A stretch of 64,000 nt of DNA from Squalus acanthias (taxonomy: Eukaryota): NCBI GenBank assembly GCA_030390025.1, contig CM059433.1:9550001-9614000 (forward strand). Direction: 5' to 3'. Below, in pieces: positions 14,661-27,722 of the stretch. The notes under the pieces were generated by a model. The model saw nothing but the letters and a program-made list of their open reading frames with translations. It was not told where the DNA came from and made no database searches. Position 1 is the first letter of the stretch. Each line of letters opens with the position of its first letter. A program made the position numbers and the translations under genes.

Positions 14661-16716
14661 CTGCATTGAATAAAATAAATATCTCAATTATACAGTATTC
14701 ATTATCACAAACATACCTGCTCATGTGATGCATCCAGTATGTGCTTTCCAGTTATCTGAGACATTATACAGTGTATTTTATCTGTATTTCCTCTGCTGTT
14801 CATGTGGCCTATCTAAGTAAGACTGCCTAATTATTGCCAGTTAGTGCTAAGTTACGTGCAGTGTCCTGCTCTGAACTTGAGCCTAATAGATTGAGTCTGG
14901 CAAAAACAAATTTCACACACTTTCATCCTTACAACCAGTGAGAAAGGAAATATTCATTCGATTGTTTTCAGTGGGATTTGAACGCAGGCCACAGACGCAA
15001 AAGGAGAACAATATTTTGGGATATTTTTCCAGGTGAACCATCAGTTACTATATTACCACCGCAGTCCCACCTTATCATTAGGGCACACTGAGGCTAGAAG
15101 TACTTTTCATTCAGGCTACACACCCATCAGCACCTGATGGTTCCATGATCACCACAGCACTTTCTGATGTAACCCGCTTCCTGCCATTTCAGTTCCAAAT
15201 CTATATACGGGCACATTCACATCCACATCTAAACACAATATGATATTCCAAGTGAAACTTTACTTCCCCTGTTACCTCAATTGGACTTCTTCATGTATGA
15301 GGCTAGATAGCAATGGGCGGGGGGGGAGTAATATTCCACATTGGGGCAGGGCCGTGATAAATCACAGCCAAACACAAACATGTCCTGACTTGACATTCGC
15401 ACACGTGATTTCATACATGCCAATGTAGAAAACTAGTCCAAGTTGAACAACAGCTTCAAAAAACATGACTAAACCTTAAAAAATGCCAAAAATTCAAACC
15501 CAGCCCTGAATCTAAGCCAACTGTGTCATTACGTTGAAATGACTTTGCAGCATGGATTTGTCATAACTTATGCTGCGGGTATACTCAACATTCTATTTAT
15601 TGTATAATGGAGGCAATTTTCTTATCCTCCCCTTGCCCCCCAATTTATATTGGCACTTTTCTCCCCCAGTTCGTCTGGGCACGCTCCATCCAACTCTCCC
15701 CTGAGATTATGCTGGCAGTGGCACCCTTCTCTCCCTCCAGCTCAATCCATCCTTACCCTCCCATTTCATTCATTTTCTGAAACAAAAAAAAGTTCTAAGC
15801 CTAGAAATCCAGAGGTGTATCCACAGGGAAAAGAAGTGCGGTGCGTGGCACTCCCGCCCACTGTGGTGACCAGCCACTGGCCCAAGGGCTGGATCATTTG
15901 AGTATTCGGGGTGTCCATTCATGCCTGTAGTGGGGGAACATATGCTGACAAAGTTGGGATGGCATTCTGCCACTGCAAAGAAAGAATTGCATTTCTATAG
16001 CGCCTTTCACGTCCACCGGAAGTCCCAAAGCGCTTTACAGCCAATGAAGTACTTTTTGAAGTGTAGGCACTGTCGTAATGTAGGAAACACGGCAGCCAAT
16101 TTGCGCACAGCAAGCTCCCACAAACAGCAATGTGATAATGACCAGATCAATCTGCTCCCTCAGCACTGCACTGGGAGTGTCAGCCTTGATTTTTGTGCTC
16201 AAGTCTCTGGGGTAGGACTTGAACCCACAACCTTCTGACTCAGAGGCGAGGGTGCTGCCAACTGAGCCACAGCTGACACAAAGGGAGCAACTAAGGTCCA
16301 AATCAGGCTGAAGAAAAGGGCAATTTAAATGTTTACAATTCCACTCAGGGAACAGAGGGGAAGCCTTATGATAATCGATTCCTCTGGGATCGATTGTTTT
16401 TGCCATTTTTCTGCCTTGGGGCCTTTAGGCAGCCCAGAGTGGAATCCACACCTTGCTCTCAGCAGGTTGAGCAAGGTGGAATTCTCAAGGAAGCCGAGGA
16501 ATGCTGTGAGACATGCGCTCAGACCAGCTTTTTCACATATTCCGATGAGCAGAAGGAGAGCCTGCCTCCTTTAGCTCAGAATTTTGGAGCCACCCAAAAT
16601 AGCAATTGTCCCCACCACAGTTACACTAGAATTCTGCGTCCCCACCACCCCCCATGTTCTTAAGTGTTATAGCTTGTAATTTATAACAATCAAGAAATGT
16701 GAATTAATTGAATTAC

Positions 16717-16946
16717 CTTCCACCTTACTGGATTCAGAATTCTGATTTGTTCATTCATGTCCTCTTCCAGATTGAATCTGTTGATGACAGAGTTGATTTT
16801 AAAAGCCACTTTGTAATCTTTGCACCACTGTCTGACTTTGAGGAGGTTCTCAATGTGATTTTTGTTCCCTTGCCCACGGCCTATCAGACGATTGGTGTCC
16901 TCTTCAAAACTGTCACATGAAACGGCCAAAATGTCCAGATCCTTAC
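16717..16946 (-). CDS. RSAD2: RSAD2 coding exon 3
   Basis: [27 protein letters not shown]...[29 protein letters not shown]. ag/gt bounded, 230 nt, phase 1-0. Confidence 0.97.
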
Positions 16947-18079
16947 CTGTAACATGAATGTTTGATATTAAGCATTGAGCTGCAGCAATATACTGTAGTT
17001 TTAAAAGCTGGATAATAACAATTGTTGATTCTGCTTGCTGCATTAAAACTGAGAAAAACTATCTAGTATCATGTTACAAACAGGCTGTCCGGGGGGAGGC
17101 CCTACAAATTGTGCTCTGTAACCAAGCTGGTTGGAGATGTTGACAGGTCTTTGATTTTACCTCCCTTCCCTCAGACAAGGTGCCTCATCGATGCTTGGCA
17201 CCTCTCCACATACCCCAGTGAAACTGGGGACTCAATTGGTGGGGAATCATTGAGATAGATTGCCCAATGTCCATGGTACAGCACATTAGTGCACTTGGTC
17301 TGATATTAATGAACATTTTTTATGAGGGTCATAGGTGTGTAGTATTATGAAACGAGGAGTTTATTCTCATACCCAGCTCCAGTTGTCAGAGGTTCAAAGT
17401 TTTTTTTTTATTCGTTTATGGGATGTGGGCATCGCTGGCGAGGCCAGCATTTATTGCCCATCCCTGATTGTCCTTGAGAAGGTGGTGGTGAGCTGCCGCC
17501 TTAAACCGCTGCAGTCCGTGTGGTGAAGGTACTCCCACAGTGCTGTTAGGGAGGGAGTTCCAGGATTTTGACCCAGCGACGATGAAGGATTGGCCGATAT
17601 ACTTCCAAGTCAGGATGGTGTGTGACTTGGAGGGGAACTTGGGAGGTGGTGGTGTTCCCATGCGCCTAGTGTTGAACAAATGGATTCAGGAAAGATATTC
17701 TGCCCTTAAATGATGTTAGCATACGCTTATCAAATATTCCACCACAACCAGTTTTCTCTGGGGTGCAACTTTTGAAGGTACTGGCACCTTGCTTGGTTTT
17801 GGTTCTGCAGGTGTCAGCTACCCTCGATAGCTCACCCAAGAGCCTAGACGTTCGTTGACTGTTGAGACCAGCTTCTTGCTCTGTATGGCTTAAGCCCACA
17901 TCAAACAGTACATTTAACAACTGGGCCATTGGGAGAGGATACTTTATTCTTGTACATATTTATTGCATTGTAACTCCTTTCAGCAGTATTTAGTTAGAAT
18001 GTAAACTGCAATCAGAATATAATATATAGACACGTGCACCCTCATTCCCAGACCCGAGTATGGGCAGAAAGCAAATTAC

Positions 18080-18241
18080 CATAGTTTTTAAACCATTTCT
18101 CGGTGATCCGACTCCCATTGCTCACAACGCTGACACTGGGCAGTTTCAGCTCCTGTTTACAGTACTGTACCAGCTTCCCAAGAAACTCCCCACGATTGTG
18201 TAGGAAAGGTTCTCCTCCCGAAAAATTAATTTTCTCCATAC
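18080..18241 (-). CDS. RSAD2: RSAD2 coding exon 2
   Basis: cag|GT ATG start, [55 protein letters not shown]|gtaat end. 162 nt, phase 1-1. Confidence 0.97.
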
Positions 18242-19229
18242 CTGGATAAGACAAAAAAAATTTTTTTAATCGAATTCCGAGATATCAACAGTTAAGGAAA
18301 CACTATCAAGATAATCCTGCCAACCTTTGTCTCACAATGTAGTTAGAAAAAGGAACCCAGGCTCCAGATCATTAATAAAATGGATGAAGTACATGGACAC
18401 CAAAGCTATTTCAGTCAATTTGTCTCTGGAGATGTGGTAAGAAGGTCTCCCATCAGTGATCATATTATTAACTTGTGTACCCAACCATCAGGCACCTGAG
18501 AGGAATATTGTAGGAAAGGTTCATTTTTGTGAGCCTCCCAGTTCAATAACTAAACAAACAATGGATATCTAATATTTTCAGTTCACCAATGTACGGTAAC
18601 AGCTATAGCTATTAGACTATTTCCATGCTAAATTCTGCAGTGCTAAAACGCTGGCTGATAGAAGAGTGTTGGATGGTGAGCATATACGTCCCATGACTTC
18701 AGAGCTGAACCAAGTACTGTAACTCATTTACTGAGCCAAGGCTGACACTGGATGGTATGACTGGAGCACGAACCATTTTGAGCAAGACTTTCTCCCACTG
18801 TACTCTTATTTCTATTTCTTACAGCACTTTACATCATTACCCCGACACTGTAGCTAATTGCCAGCTGTAGCTCCATGTGGCCAAACAAGCCCTGTCCATA
18901 TTCCAAGGGACGTGTTTATTTGCAACACCTAAAGCTCTGATTGGTCCCCTTGGATGACAAGTCCTGATCGCCGATTGGTTCCCTTGGAGGACAAGATACA
19001 CCCAGCAGTTTCTCTGGAATGAGTAATTAGATCCTCCCTGCCTACCTAATCAGTTACTTTGCAAAGTGTAATTCGAGCCTCTGCAGCCGCAAATGTGGGG
19101 TACTGAGCATGCGCGGCCTGACCTCGGTGACAACGCGCATGCGCAGAAGGGGATCGGGTGCACATGCACAAAAAGGGGCGGGGTCGACCGTGCGCCTGCG
19201 CCCAAAAACACGTAAATGTTCGTGCAGAT

Positions 19230-19684
19230 CACAATAACAAAATACTGCTGCTGCTGGAAATCTGAAACAACAACAGAAAACACTGCAAACACTGAGCAGG
19301 TCAGGCAGCATCCCTGGAGAGAGAAACAGAGTTAACGTTGCAGGTCTGTGACCTTTTGTCTGAACTGGAAAAAGTTAGACATGCAACAGATTTTAAGCAG
19401 ATGCAGAGGCTGGGAAAGGGGGGAAAAGGGGAGGAAAGAATAAAAGGGACGGTCTGTGACAGGGTGGAAGGCAGGAGTGGTTAAAATGATGCAAATGGGG
19501 ATGGTAGAACCATCAACAGCTGCCGCCTGAAAAAATAGGGGCAGAGGTTATAGTCTGAAATTGTTGAACTCGACGTGGAGTCCAGAAGTTCTGACAAAGG
19601 GTCATCGACCTGAAACGTTAATTCTGTTTCTCTCTCCTCGATACTGCCCGACCCTGCTGAGTGTTTCCAACATTTTCTGTTGTT
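19230..19684. mobile_element. Penelope-like fragment with inverted ends (related: 6530-6790, 8296-8715, 50134-50336, 51270-51460, 52080-52665)
   Basis: Shared gatgctgcctgacctgctgagt/ccagcattttctg sequence in both orientations, flanked by duplicated GTTCGTGCAGAT. Confidence 0.8.
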
Positions 19685-19902
19685 GTTCGTGCAGATAATC
19701 ACCTTGTATCCCAGGCTGTGCCCGTTTCTTCTCTCTCCTCAATTACACATTGCAAAATTCTACTCCCCTTGCATATTGACATGTTGTATTTTTGCCCATA
19801 AGCTGTACCTTCTACACGTACCTCTCTGTACGCGAATTTAAAAAATGTCCTAAAAAAAAAAAATCCCATTTTAAATTAAACAACTGTCATTCATTCATAC
19901 CC

Positions 19903-20068
19903 GTGATGTGGAGATGCCGGTGTTGGACTGGGGTGGACAAATAAATGTGAGAAGTCGCACAACACCAGGTTATAGTCCAACAGTTTTATTTGAAATCACA
20001 AGCTTTCGGAGCGCTGCTCCTTCGTCACCTGTTGGACTATAACCTGGTGTTGTGCGACTTCTCACATT
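19903..20068. mobile_element. Palindromic Penelope-derived element in RSAD2 intron 1
   Basis: About 40-bp perfect inverted repeat around gctttcggagcgctgctccttcgtca, with flanking duplicate cattcatacccg. Confidence 0.7.
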
Positions 20069-20261
20069 CATACCCGATAATTGTTAGACAATATATACTG
20101 GACCCCATCAGCTATCATAACGCTGCAATGTAAAGAAGTTTCACGGGCTATTACTACTTATATTAAAGGGGTGCATTAATCCTCTCCCCATTAATTTTGC
20201 AATATACAACAGTATGCAGATGATTATTCTGAATGAAGCGAAACTAAACCGCATTGCTTAC

Positions 20262-20568
20262 CGGCTGCTTTTAGTTGCTTCAGTCCTCTTTGGGCTTCTT
20301 CCAGGGGCAACACGAAAGATGTCTTGGCGGTGTGGAAACAGAAGCCACACTTGTAGTTGCACTGGCGGGTGAAGTGGTAATTGACGCTGGTGGGAATGGT
20401 TGTCCGTTCTCTGCTCTTCTCCCCGTTCCTTTTCACACTTTCCCGTCTCCTCTCACTGATCCCAAACTTAGCCAACGCTATGAGCTTCACCAGCCACTGT
20501 GAGATTTCGCCCACCTTGTGGATGCAAGCTTGCAGCAGAAATTTAACACAAATAGCTACCACGTACAT
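20262..20568 (-). CDS. RSAD2: RSAD2/viperin coding exon 1 (N-terminal amphipathic helix, radical SAM CxxxCxxC motif)
   Basis: ATG at 20568 (gaaaccATG). Translates [13 protein letters not shown]...[42 protein letters not shown]. Donor G|gtaag, phase 1, 307 nt. Confidence 0.97.
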
Positions 20569-20684
20569 GGTTTCTTTTTTCTTTTTTTCCCCCCCCTCCG
20601 AGTGGCGTGACTTTCTTGAGCGTTTCTCACCTTCTTCTTCTTCAGCGGTTCTCTGAGTGTTTAATGTTTTGGTCTGGTTCAGTG

Positions 20685-20766
20685 TTTTTATGCAGCCCAT
20701 GTCGGAGAGGCAGTGACGCCTCTGTGCTGGCAAGGTTTCCATTCATCAGAATAGAAATCGAAACTG
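20685..20766 (-). promoter_or_regulatory. RSAD2 proximal promoter: TATA-like box, CRE half-site, IRF-E and consensus ISRE
   Basis: Minus-strand CATAAAAA (20685-20692), TGACG (20714), GAATGGAAAC IRF-like site (about 20735-20744) and a consensus ISRE GAAATCGAAACTG (20754-20766). Confidence 0.8.
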
Positions 20767-21959
20767 CGTTCAAGGATCGATTTCATCAACTTCCTTCAGA
20801 TCCTCGACTCGTGCATCTAGTGGAGAATCTTCGATTCTAGTTACTTTGGTACTGGCTTTTCATAGATACACACACATTTGCCCCGAGACAAACACTCCCT
20901 GCAATTGTTAAGCGGAAGTTGTGCTATGAAAACAAACACTCAACCTGCATTGACCCTCGTTCTGTCATGCACCAGCACTTAGAATCTTGCCAAAAATCCT
21001 ACCCAACAAACAGTATCCATGCAAAAGATAAAAAATGAAAAGATTTCCATTTATCTGATGCCATTTACATTGTTCGAATTACTCTAATCCTCAGGCTCGT
21101 GCTTTCCCTGTGAGCGTGCCATTCCGATCCTCAATCTAAAGACTGTGGCAAAGTGCCCCAAGTGAGAGGAACAACTTTTGTCGCGAAGTTGCTGTCAGTT
21201 GCCAAGCCCAATAGCTTTGAACCTGCGCACGCTGCGCTATTCAGTATATCTGCAACAGCTGGAGCCACATCTCACAACATATGTGGCTGCCTGCATCTGC
21301 CCACTCACTCTCACTTCCTCACTCCTTTGGCTGGAGAGAGAACTTGTATTGAATTCTTGAGTCCTCAGATCCTCCTCCTGCCATCGCAGCTCTCTGCATA
21401 AGGACAGTCCACGGGGTATCACTGATACTGTTTTTTTTCCCAAATATCACCCCAGTCTGTCAAATCTGGCAATGAGAGGCTCCTACAACTGAGTGGGCAT
21501 CGTCTTCATGGTGCCATTCAGAGAATTCATAAGAGAAATTAGTTCTGTGCTTGTTTGCTCACTGCTTTGGGATTCCTTTTCAAAGGACCATGAAGTTGCC
21601 ATTCACTCCATGGTCCTCTGCATAATAATAAATCCTTCCTGCAGGATTCCTCTACCTGTGGTTGTTGGTAGCCTTGATCTATTAGCAGAACACATTAGGA
21701 AAGAGATAACAGGAAAATTTGGCCAGGCAAGCAACCCCCCGCCCCCACCCCAGATCCCTCTGTCATGAGGTGCACAACCCTTATTTCTCCAGAATCAGAA
21801 ACTCAGGGTTTGTATCTCTCTTCCTGTAAATCTGCTTCTATCCCACTGTCTATTTTTGAGTCACCCCCTTTGTTTTGCCTTCCAACTGCTCTATTTCTAT
21901 ATGACCATCACACACTTTTCCCAGAATTAGGTGGTTTCATAGAAAATACAAAGAGGCCT

Positions 21960-22810
21960 ATGTTGGGTTTGGAGTGCATGTGTGTGAATGCACGAAGTGT
22001 GGTTAATAAGGTTGGTGAGCTGCAGGCGCAAATAGCCACTTGGGAATATGATGCAGCGGCGATAACTTGAAACCTGTCTCAACAAAGGGAAGGATTGGAT
22101 GCTTAATATTCCTGGGTACAAGGTATTCAGGAAAGATAGGGAGGGAAGGGAAAAAAGGAGGAGGGGTAGCAGTTTTGATTAAGGAAAACATTACAGTGCT
22201 AGAAAGAGAGAATGTCCTTGAGGGATCAAAGACAGAATCTATTTGCTTGGAGTTAAGAACAATAGAGGAGCTATTACGCTACTTTGTGTATTTTATAGGC
22301 CACCAAATAGTGGGAAGGAGATCGAGGAGCAAATGAGAGGCGATCTTATCGAAACATATAAGATTGTGAGGGGGCTTGATCGGGTGGAGGCGGGGAGGAT
22401 GTTTCCACTGATGGGTGAGACTAGAACTAGGGGGCATAATCTTAGAATAAGGGGCTGCCGTTTCAAAACTGAGATGAGGAGAAACTTCTTCACTCAGAGG
22501 GTAGTAAATCCATGGAATTTGCTACCTCAGAGAGCTGTGGAAGCTGCGACATTAAATAAATTTAAAACGGAGATAGACAGTTTCCTAGCTGATAAGGGAA
22601 TTAAGGGTTATGGGGAGCGGGCAGGGAAGTGGACGTGAGTCTAGGTTCGGATCAGCCATGATCCTATTGAATGGCGGAGCAGGCCCGAAGGGTCGTATGG
22701 CCAATCCTGCTCCTACTTCTTATGTTCTTATGTTATGTTCTTATTAGCAAAGAAATTACTGAGAAGTGCAAGAACTATGGAGTAGTGTTAATGGGAGACT
22801 GTAACTACCC
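21960..22810 (+). mobile_element. CR1 endonuclease fragment with a nested CR1 3' end (about 22333-22741)
   Basis: NARSVVNK...YRPPNS interrupted by MRGDLIETYKI... plus 3' UTR, then resumes EITEKCK...MGDCNYP. Confidence 0.85.
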
Positions 22811-23349
22811 CAATATTGCTATTAGCAGGGCCCGGGAGATCCATGCCCCATTCTAGGAGACTCCTGGGCAATCTGGGAGAGTAGGAAACCCTATGGGGAT
22901 GTGAAAGGCGCTATATAAATGCAAGTTCTTTCTTTACTAATGGCTGCTACACCCAAGGTAACAGTCACGATACCATGGTAGCAGTTGCTCATGTTTGTAA
23001 CCTCACTATTAGCAGGTGTGAACCTTTTGATGTGGCTTTGTAGCTGCAGAATCCTTAACCAATGGTTAATTCATGGCCTTTAACAGGATCTTAGCAAGTT
23101 CGCTCGGTCTTTTTTCAAGCTTTTCTAATATGTTTTTGAGAGGTAGGAATGCTCAAAGATTGGATCGATGGTGCATTCTCTCATCATTCCACCACTCCAG
23201 GCATGTTCCCTCCTCCCTGAACCCCTCCCCAGATTTTGAAATGGAAGACCATTTCTGCTAACTTACTTTGGTACTTTTTAAAATCATAGAATTCCTAGCA
23301 CAGGAGGAGGCCATTCGGCCCATTGTGCCTGTGCCGGCGCTTTGGTAGA

Positions 23350-26300
23350 TTCAAGATGGCTCCTGGGCTGGCAGCTCCTTTCTGAGCTGCTCTGCTCTTC
23401 AACTGTATCCGTGGTCATCCATTGCCATCCTTTGCCCTTTCTTCCCCCAATCTCCTTTCTTCCATTGCTTAAGATACCCTGCCTCTGATAGTGAAGGCAT
23501 TTCAGCCCAAACTACAAATTCAAACGACAAGTTTGAAGCTCCCCCTGCAGAGTCCACTGCCCATTCCCCGGCGTGCCTTTGTTCTCACTGAGCTCTTTCA
23601 ACCGCTGGAACTCTGCTGAAACTTGACCTCCATCACTGGATTCCTCGCGAACAGGACTTCATTGACTACACGGTTTGACTCAGCGGCTGTGGCGCCGCTC
23701 TGATTTTCAGTCACTTCAAGTCTTAAGCTGCGGAATTCTTTTGTCAAATTGGTTTCCGATCTCCTGGACTTCTCTAGACTGCGTTTCTGCTTTGAACTAC
23801 ACTGGACTACACTAAGACTTACCCGCTGTGTCTCTATCTCTGCTGCTAAAAGATTTTTACCTTTAAACTGCGGCTGTGTCTCCGCTGAACTGGTTCTACT
23901 GGTTTTTCAGCTCTGCTGGCTTGTAGGTAGCAGCTACTGCTCCACTTGCTGTCCGGTGACTCGTTCTACTGGTTTTCAGCTTTGCTGGTCATTGGCTTGT
24001 GGTTTTACTTTTTCTCCGCCGCTTTGATCTCCGGTGACCTTCAGCTTGCGTCAATTTAGCCATCATTTTTCTGCACCGCTACCGACTTTCATTCCTATGG
24101 CAACAACCTCCATGCTCAAACTCTCTACCCTTCAAATAGCTTCTGGACTTCACTCGCCTGCTTTGGATAGCGGTTCGTCAATGCTCCATACCGGCCCCAT
24201 CCTGCTTACATTGGCTTTGTCCCTCCATGGGACCTCTGACTTTGACCCTGGTCTCCCTACTATTGTCCCCAACCTATTCCCTGCTACCAGGAAATATGTA
24301 TTCCATTAATTGCTACATTTAAACAGGCCTATGTAACCTGAGCTTTCGCCGTGTCCATTCGAGTGTGCACTTTGGCCGCTGCTCCGGACCCGAGCCATTC
24401 AATACTCTTCCACTTTTTCCCCCTCTTTTCCTTTTCTCTCTATCCCTCCCTGACCGCTCTCTCCTGTCGTCATGCCTCCTTTCATCTCTCCTCTCAAATC
24501 TCTACCCCAATCCTTTATTATGCTTCGACCTTCCTACTCCCCTGCTGCTGTTCTAGGCTTGACTCCCTCTTAGATAAGCCTACAGCTTCCCTCTGTGCCT
24601 CTCTTGGCATCCTACGAAGGGCCCATCGAGGCACTCGTCGCTGCCTCCTTACGAGCAGCAACCCCAACTGTCCCATCCTACTCTCTCGTCGACCTTCCCA
24701 GTCCAGCGCGCCCACTGGGGGCAAATCTTGCCAATCTCCTCCCCGTCCAACTCATCCCCCCCCAGCGCTGACCCTGTGGACGCTGGCAGTGGGACAGCCG
24801 TCACCGACCCTCTCTGCATCTCCCTCCATAATGTCCGTTCACTTGCGAACAAGGCCCTTGTCATCCATGAGCTTATCGTGGATGATCGCATCGACATCAT
24901 GGCCCTGACAGAAACTTGCTTGAGGGGTGATGACACCTTACCCTTAAATGAAGCCTCCCCGCCTGGCTATACCTTCCACCACTTGCCCCGCTCAGACCTG
25001 CCGTGGTGGCAGTGTGGCTCTCATCATCAAATCACACCTAGGTCTGTCCCCCTACTCCTCCAGCAGTTTCTCCTCCTTTGAGCATCTCACCTTATTCCAC
25101 CCCTCTCACCTCTCATTTAAAATTCTTGTTTCTACTGCCCACCCAAGTACCATAAAAATGTTATTACCGAGATATCTTCACTGCTCACCTCCCTCAGCCT
25201 CTGCACCAACGGCAAGGGCTGTGGGTGAAAATAAAGGTCGGTGATTTTTGAGGATGTAACTGGTAGAATAGATAAGGGAGAACCAGTGGATGTGGTGTAT
25301 TTGGACTTTCAGAAGGCTTTTGATAAGGTCCCGCATAAGAGATTGGCGTGCAAAGTTAAAGCACATGGGATTGGGGGTAAGGTACTGACTTGGATAGAGA
25401 ACTGGTTGGCAGACAGGAAGCAAAGAGTTGGAATAAGCAAAGAGTGGCAGGCAGTGACTAGTGGGGTACCGCAGGGATCGGTGCTAGGACCCCAGCTATT
25501 CACAATATATATTAATGATCTAGACGAGGGAACGAGATGTAATATCTCCAAGTTTGCAGACGACACAAAGCTGGGTGAGCGTGTGTGCTGTGAGGAGGAT
25601 GCAGAGAAACCCCAGTAGGATTTGGACAGGTTGGGTGATTGGGCAGATGCATGGCAGATGCAGTATAATGTGGATAAATGCGAGGTTATCCACTTTGGTG
25701 ACAAAAACAGGAAGACAAATTATTATCTAAAAGGCAATCATCCGAAAACACAGCGTCAGTTTCCACATGTACGCTGACGACACCCAGCTCTGCCTCGCAC
25801 CACTTCTCTCAAACCCTCCACGGTCTCTAAATTGTCAGACTGATTGTCCGACATACAGTTCTGGATGAGCAGAAATTTTCTCCAATTAAATATTGGGAAG
25901 ACTGAAGCCATTGTTTTCAGTCCCCGCCACAAACTCCGTTCTTTATCACTGACTCCATCCCTCTCCCTAACGTCTGAGGCTGAACCACACTGTTCGCAAC
26001 CTTGGTGTCATATTTGACCCTGAAATGAGCTTCCGACCACATATCCGCAGCATAACTAAGACCGCCTATTTCCACCTCCGTAACATCGCCCGTCTCCGCC
26101 CCTGCCTCAGCTCATCCACTGATGAAACCCTCATCCATGCCTTTGTTACCTCTAGACTTGACTATTCCAACGCACTCCTGGCTGGCCTCCCACATTCCAC
26201 CCTCTGTAAACTTGAGGTCATCCAAAACTCAGCTGCCCATGTCCTAACTCACAGCAAGTCCCATTCACCCATCACCCCTGTGCTCGCTGACCTACATTGG

Positions 26301-26728
26301 CTCCTGGTTAAGCAACGCCTCGATTTCAAAATTCTCATTCTTGTTTTCAAATCCCTCCATAGCCTCGCCCCTCCCTTCCCTAGCTCTGTAATCTCCTTCA
26401 ACCTCACAACCCCCCGAGATATCTGCGCTCCTCTAATTCTGCCCTCTTGAGCATCCCTGATTATAATCGCTCAACCATTGGTGGCCGTGCCTTCTGTTGC
26501 CTCGGGCCCTAAGCTCTGGAATTCCCTGCCTAAATCTCTCCGCCTCACTACCTCACTTTCCTCCTTTAAGACGCTACCTCTTTGACCAAGCTTTTGGTCA
26601 CCTGCCCTAATTTATCCTTATGTGGCTCAGTGTCAAATTTTTTGTCTTATAACACTCCTGTGAAGCACCTTGGGACATTTTACTACGTTAAATGCGCTAT
26701 ATAAATACAAGTTGTTGTTGTTGTTGTA
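23350..26728 (+). mobile_element. L2-clade LINE with internal deletion and a nested CR1 RT fragment (about 25207-25737)
   Basis: APE domain (LHNVRSL...ALTET), RT C-terminus (YADDTQL, TLIHAFVTSRLDYSNALLAGLP) and tail ctatataaatacaagttgttgttg. Confidence 0.85.
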
Positions 26729-26849
26729 GTGCTATCAATTAGTCTCACTCCCCTGCTCTTTCCCCATAGCCCCGTTTATTTCCTATAATTGTGGGGCCTT
26801 ATAATGTTATTAAGTTTTGCTATAAAATTTCCTCTTGAGATCCTAAATG

Positions 26850-27310
26850 GCCAGAACTACAGCCATGATCCCCGCCTGCCTTTTCTGTGGCCTGGAAGAG
26901 TCCGTGTTCCATGTTTATATGGATTGTGAGAGGTTGCAGCCCCCTCTTCCATTATTTGAAGGGGCTGCTCCTCGATCTTTGGCTGCACTTCAGTCCCACG
27001 CTCCTGATCTTCGGTCACCCGGTGCGGGGGGGGGGGGGGGGGTGGTGGGGAGCAGGCAGGTCGGGGGACCTCCTCGTGGGACTGCTCCTGGGCCTGGCCA
27101 AAGTGGCCATCATAACTGGTCGAGGGGGGCCGTTCGAGCCCGACTGCCTGTCTGCCTCTCCTCCGCGGCCACGTTCGCTCCCCGGGTGGCCCTGGAGATG
27201 GAGCACGCGGTGTCCGCCGGCACGCTCGAGGCCTTCCGCGCAACCGGTGGGCACCGCGGAGACTGGAGTGCTTCATCAACCCCCGGGGAACCAAATTTTA
27301 ATTTAATTTA
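26850..27310 (+). mobile_element. Tx1/L1-like LINE 3' fragment (also about 7500-7660, minus strand)
   Basis: CLFCGLEESVFHVYMDC zinc-binding motif and LLVGLLLGLAKVAI, with frameshifts. Confidence 0.7.
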
Positions 27311-27526
27311 TTAAGTTTCATTTGATGTATTTTTGTTAAGTTACCGTTTTTTTGTTTCTTGATTGCACCAAAAGAGCAGCCATGATCCCGCGATCCCGAA
27401 CCCACCGCAGTGTCTGCTCGGTTTGTGTGTTTTTTTTAATTTAGGCTTGCTGTTAAAAGTAGCAAGCCCATTTCTGGAAAGCAAGAGTTAGAGAGACACA
27501 CAGGTCTGGGCCGGGGATAGCCGCCA

Positions 27527-27619
27527 ACTTTCATTTCTCCGAAATCTCAATCGGGCTTCTGGTCAGTTTCACTTTCCAAACGTCACGGTTTGTTTATCGC
27601 CGGCTTGGGTTTCGATTCC
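27527..27619 (+). promoter_or_regulatory. Interferon-responsive cluster upstream of the CMPK2 remnant
   Basis: ACTTTCATTTC IRF-E (27527-37) overlapping GAS TTCTCCGAA (27535-43). Consensus ISRE AGTTTCACTTTCC (27565-77), CGTCA (27581-85) and ISRE-like GGTTTCGATTCC (27608-19), all in CpG-rich sequence. Confidence 0.8.
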
Positions 27620-27722
27620 GCAGCCCCAGCAGTTTCCAGTGTTGATTTCAGCGGGTGCCCCTTGGCCGGACCGCGGACTCTGGCCGCCTCAGTGCCCCCG
27701 ATCGCCGGTCACTGCGGCCGGA

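Noticed and set aside
20569..20742. 58-aa N-terminal extension of viperin in the ORF track
   Set aside because: The upstream ATGs (20742, 20700) lie upstream of the TATA-like box, among promoter motifs. The ATG at 20568 has good context and gives a typical length.
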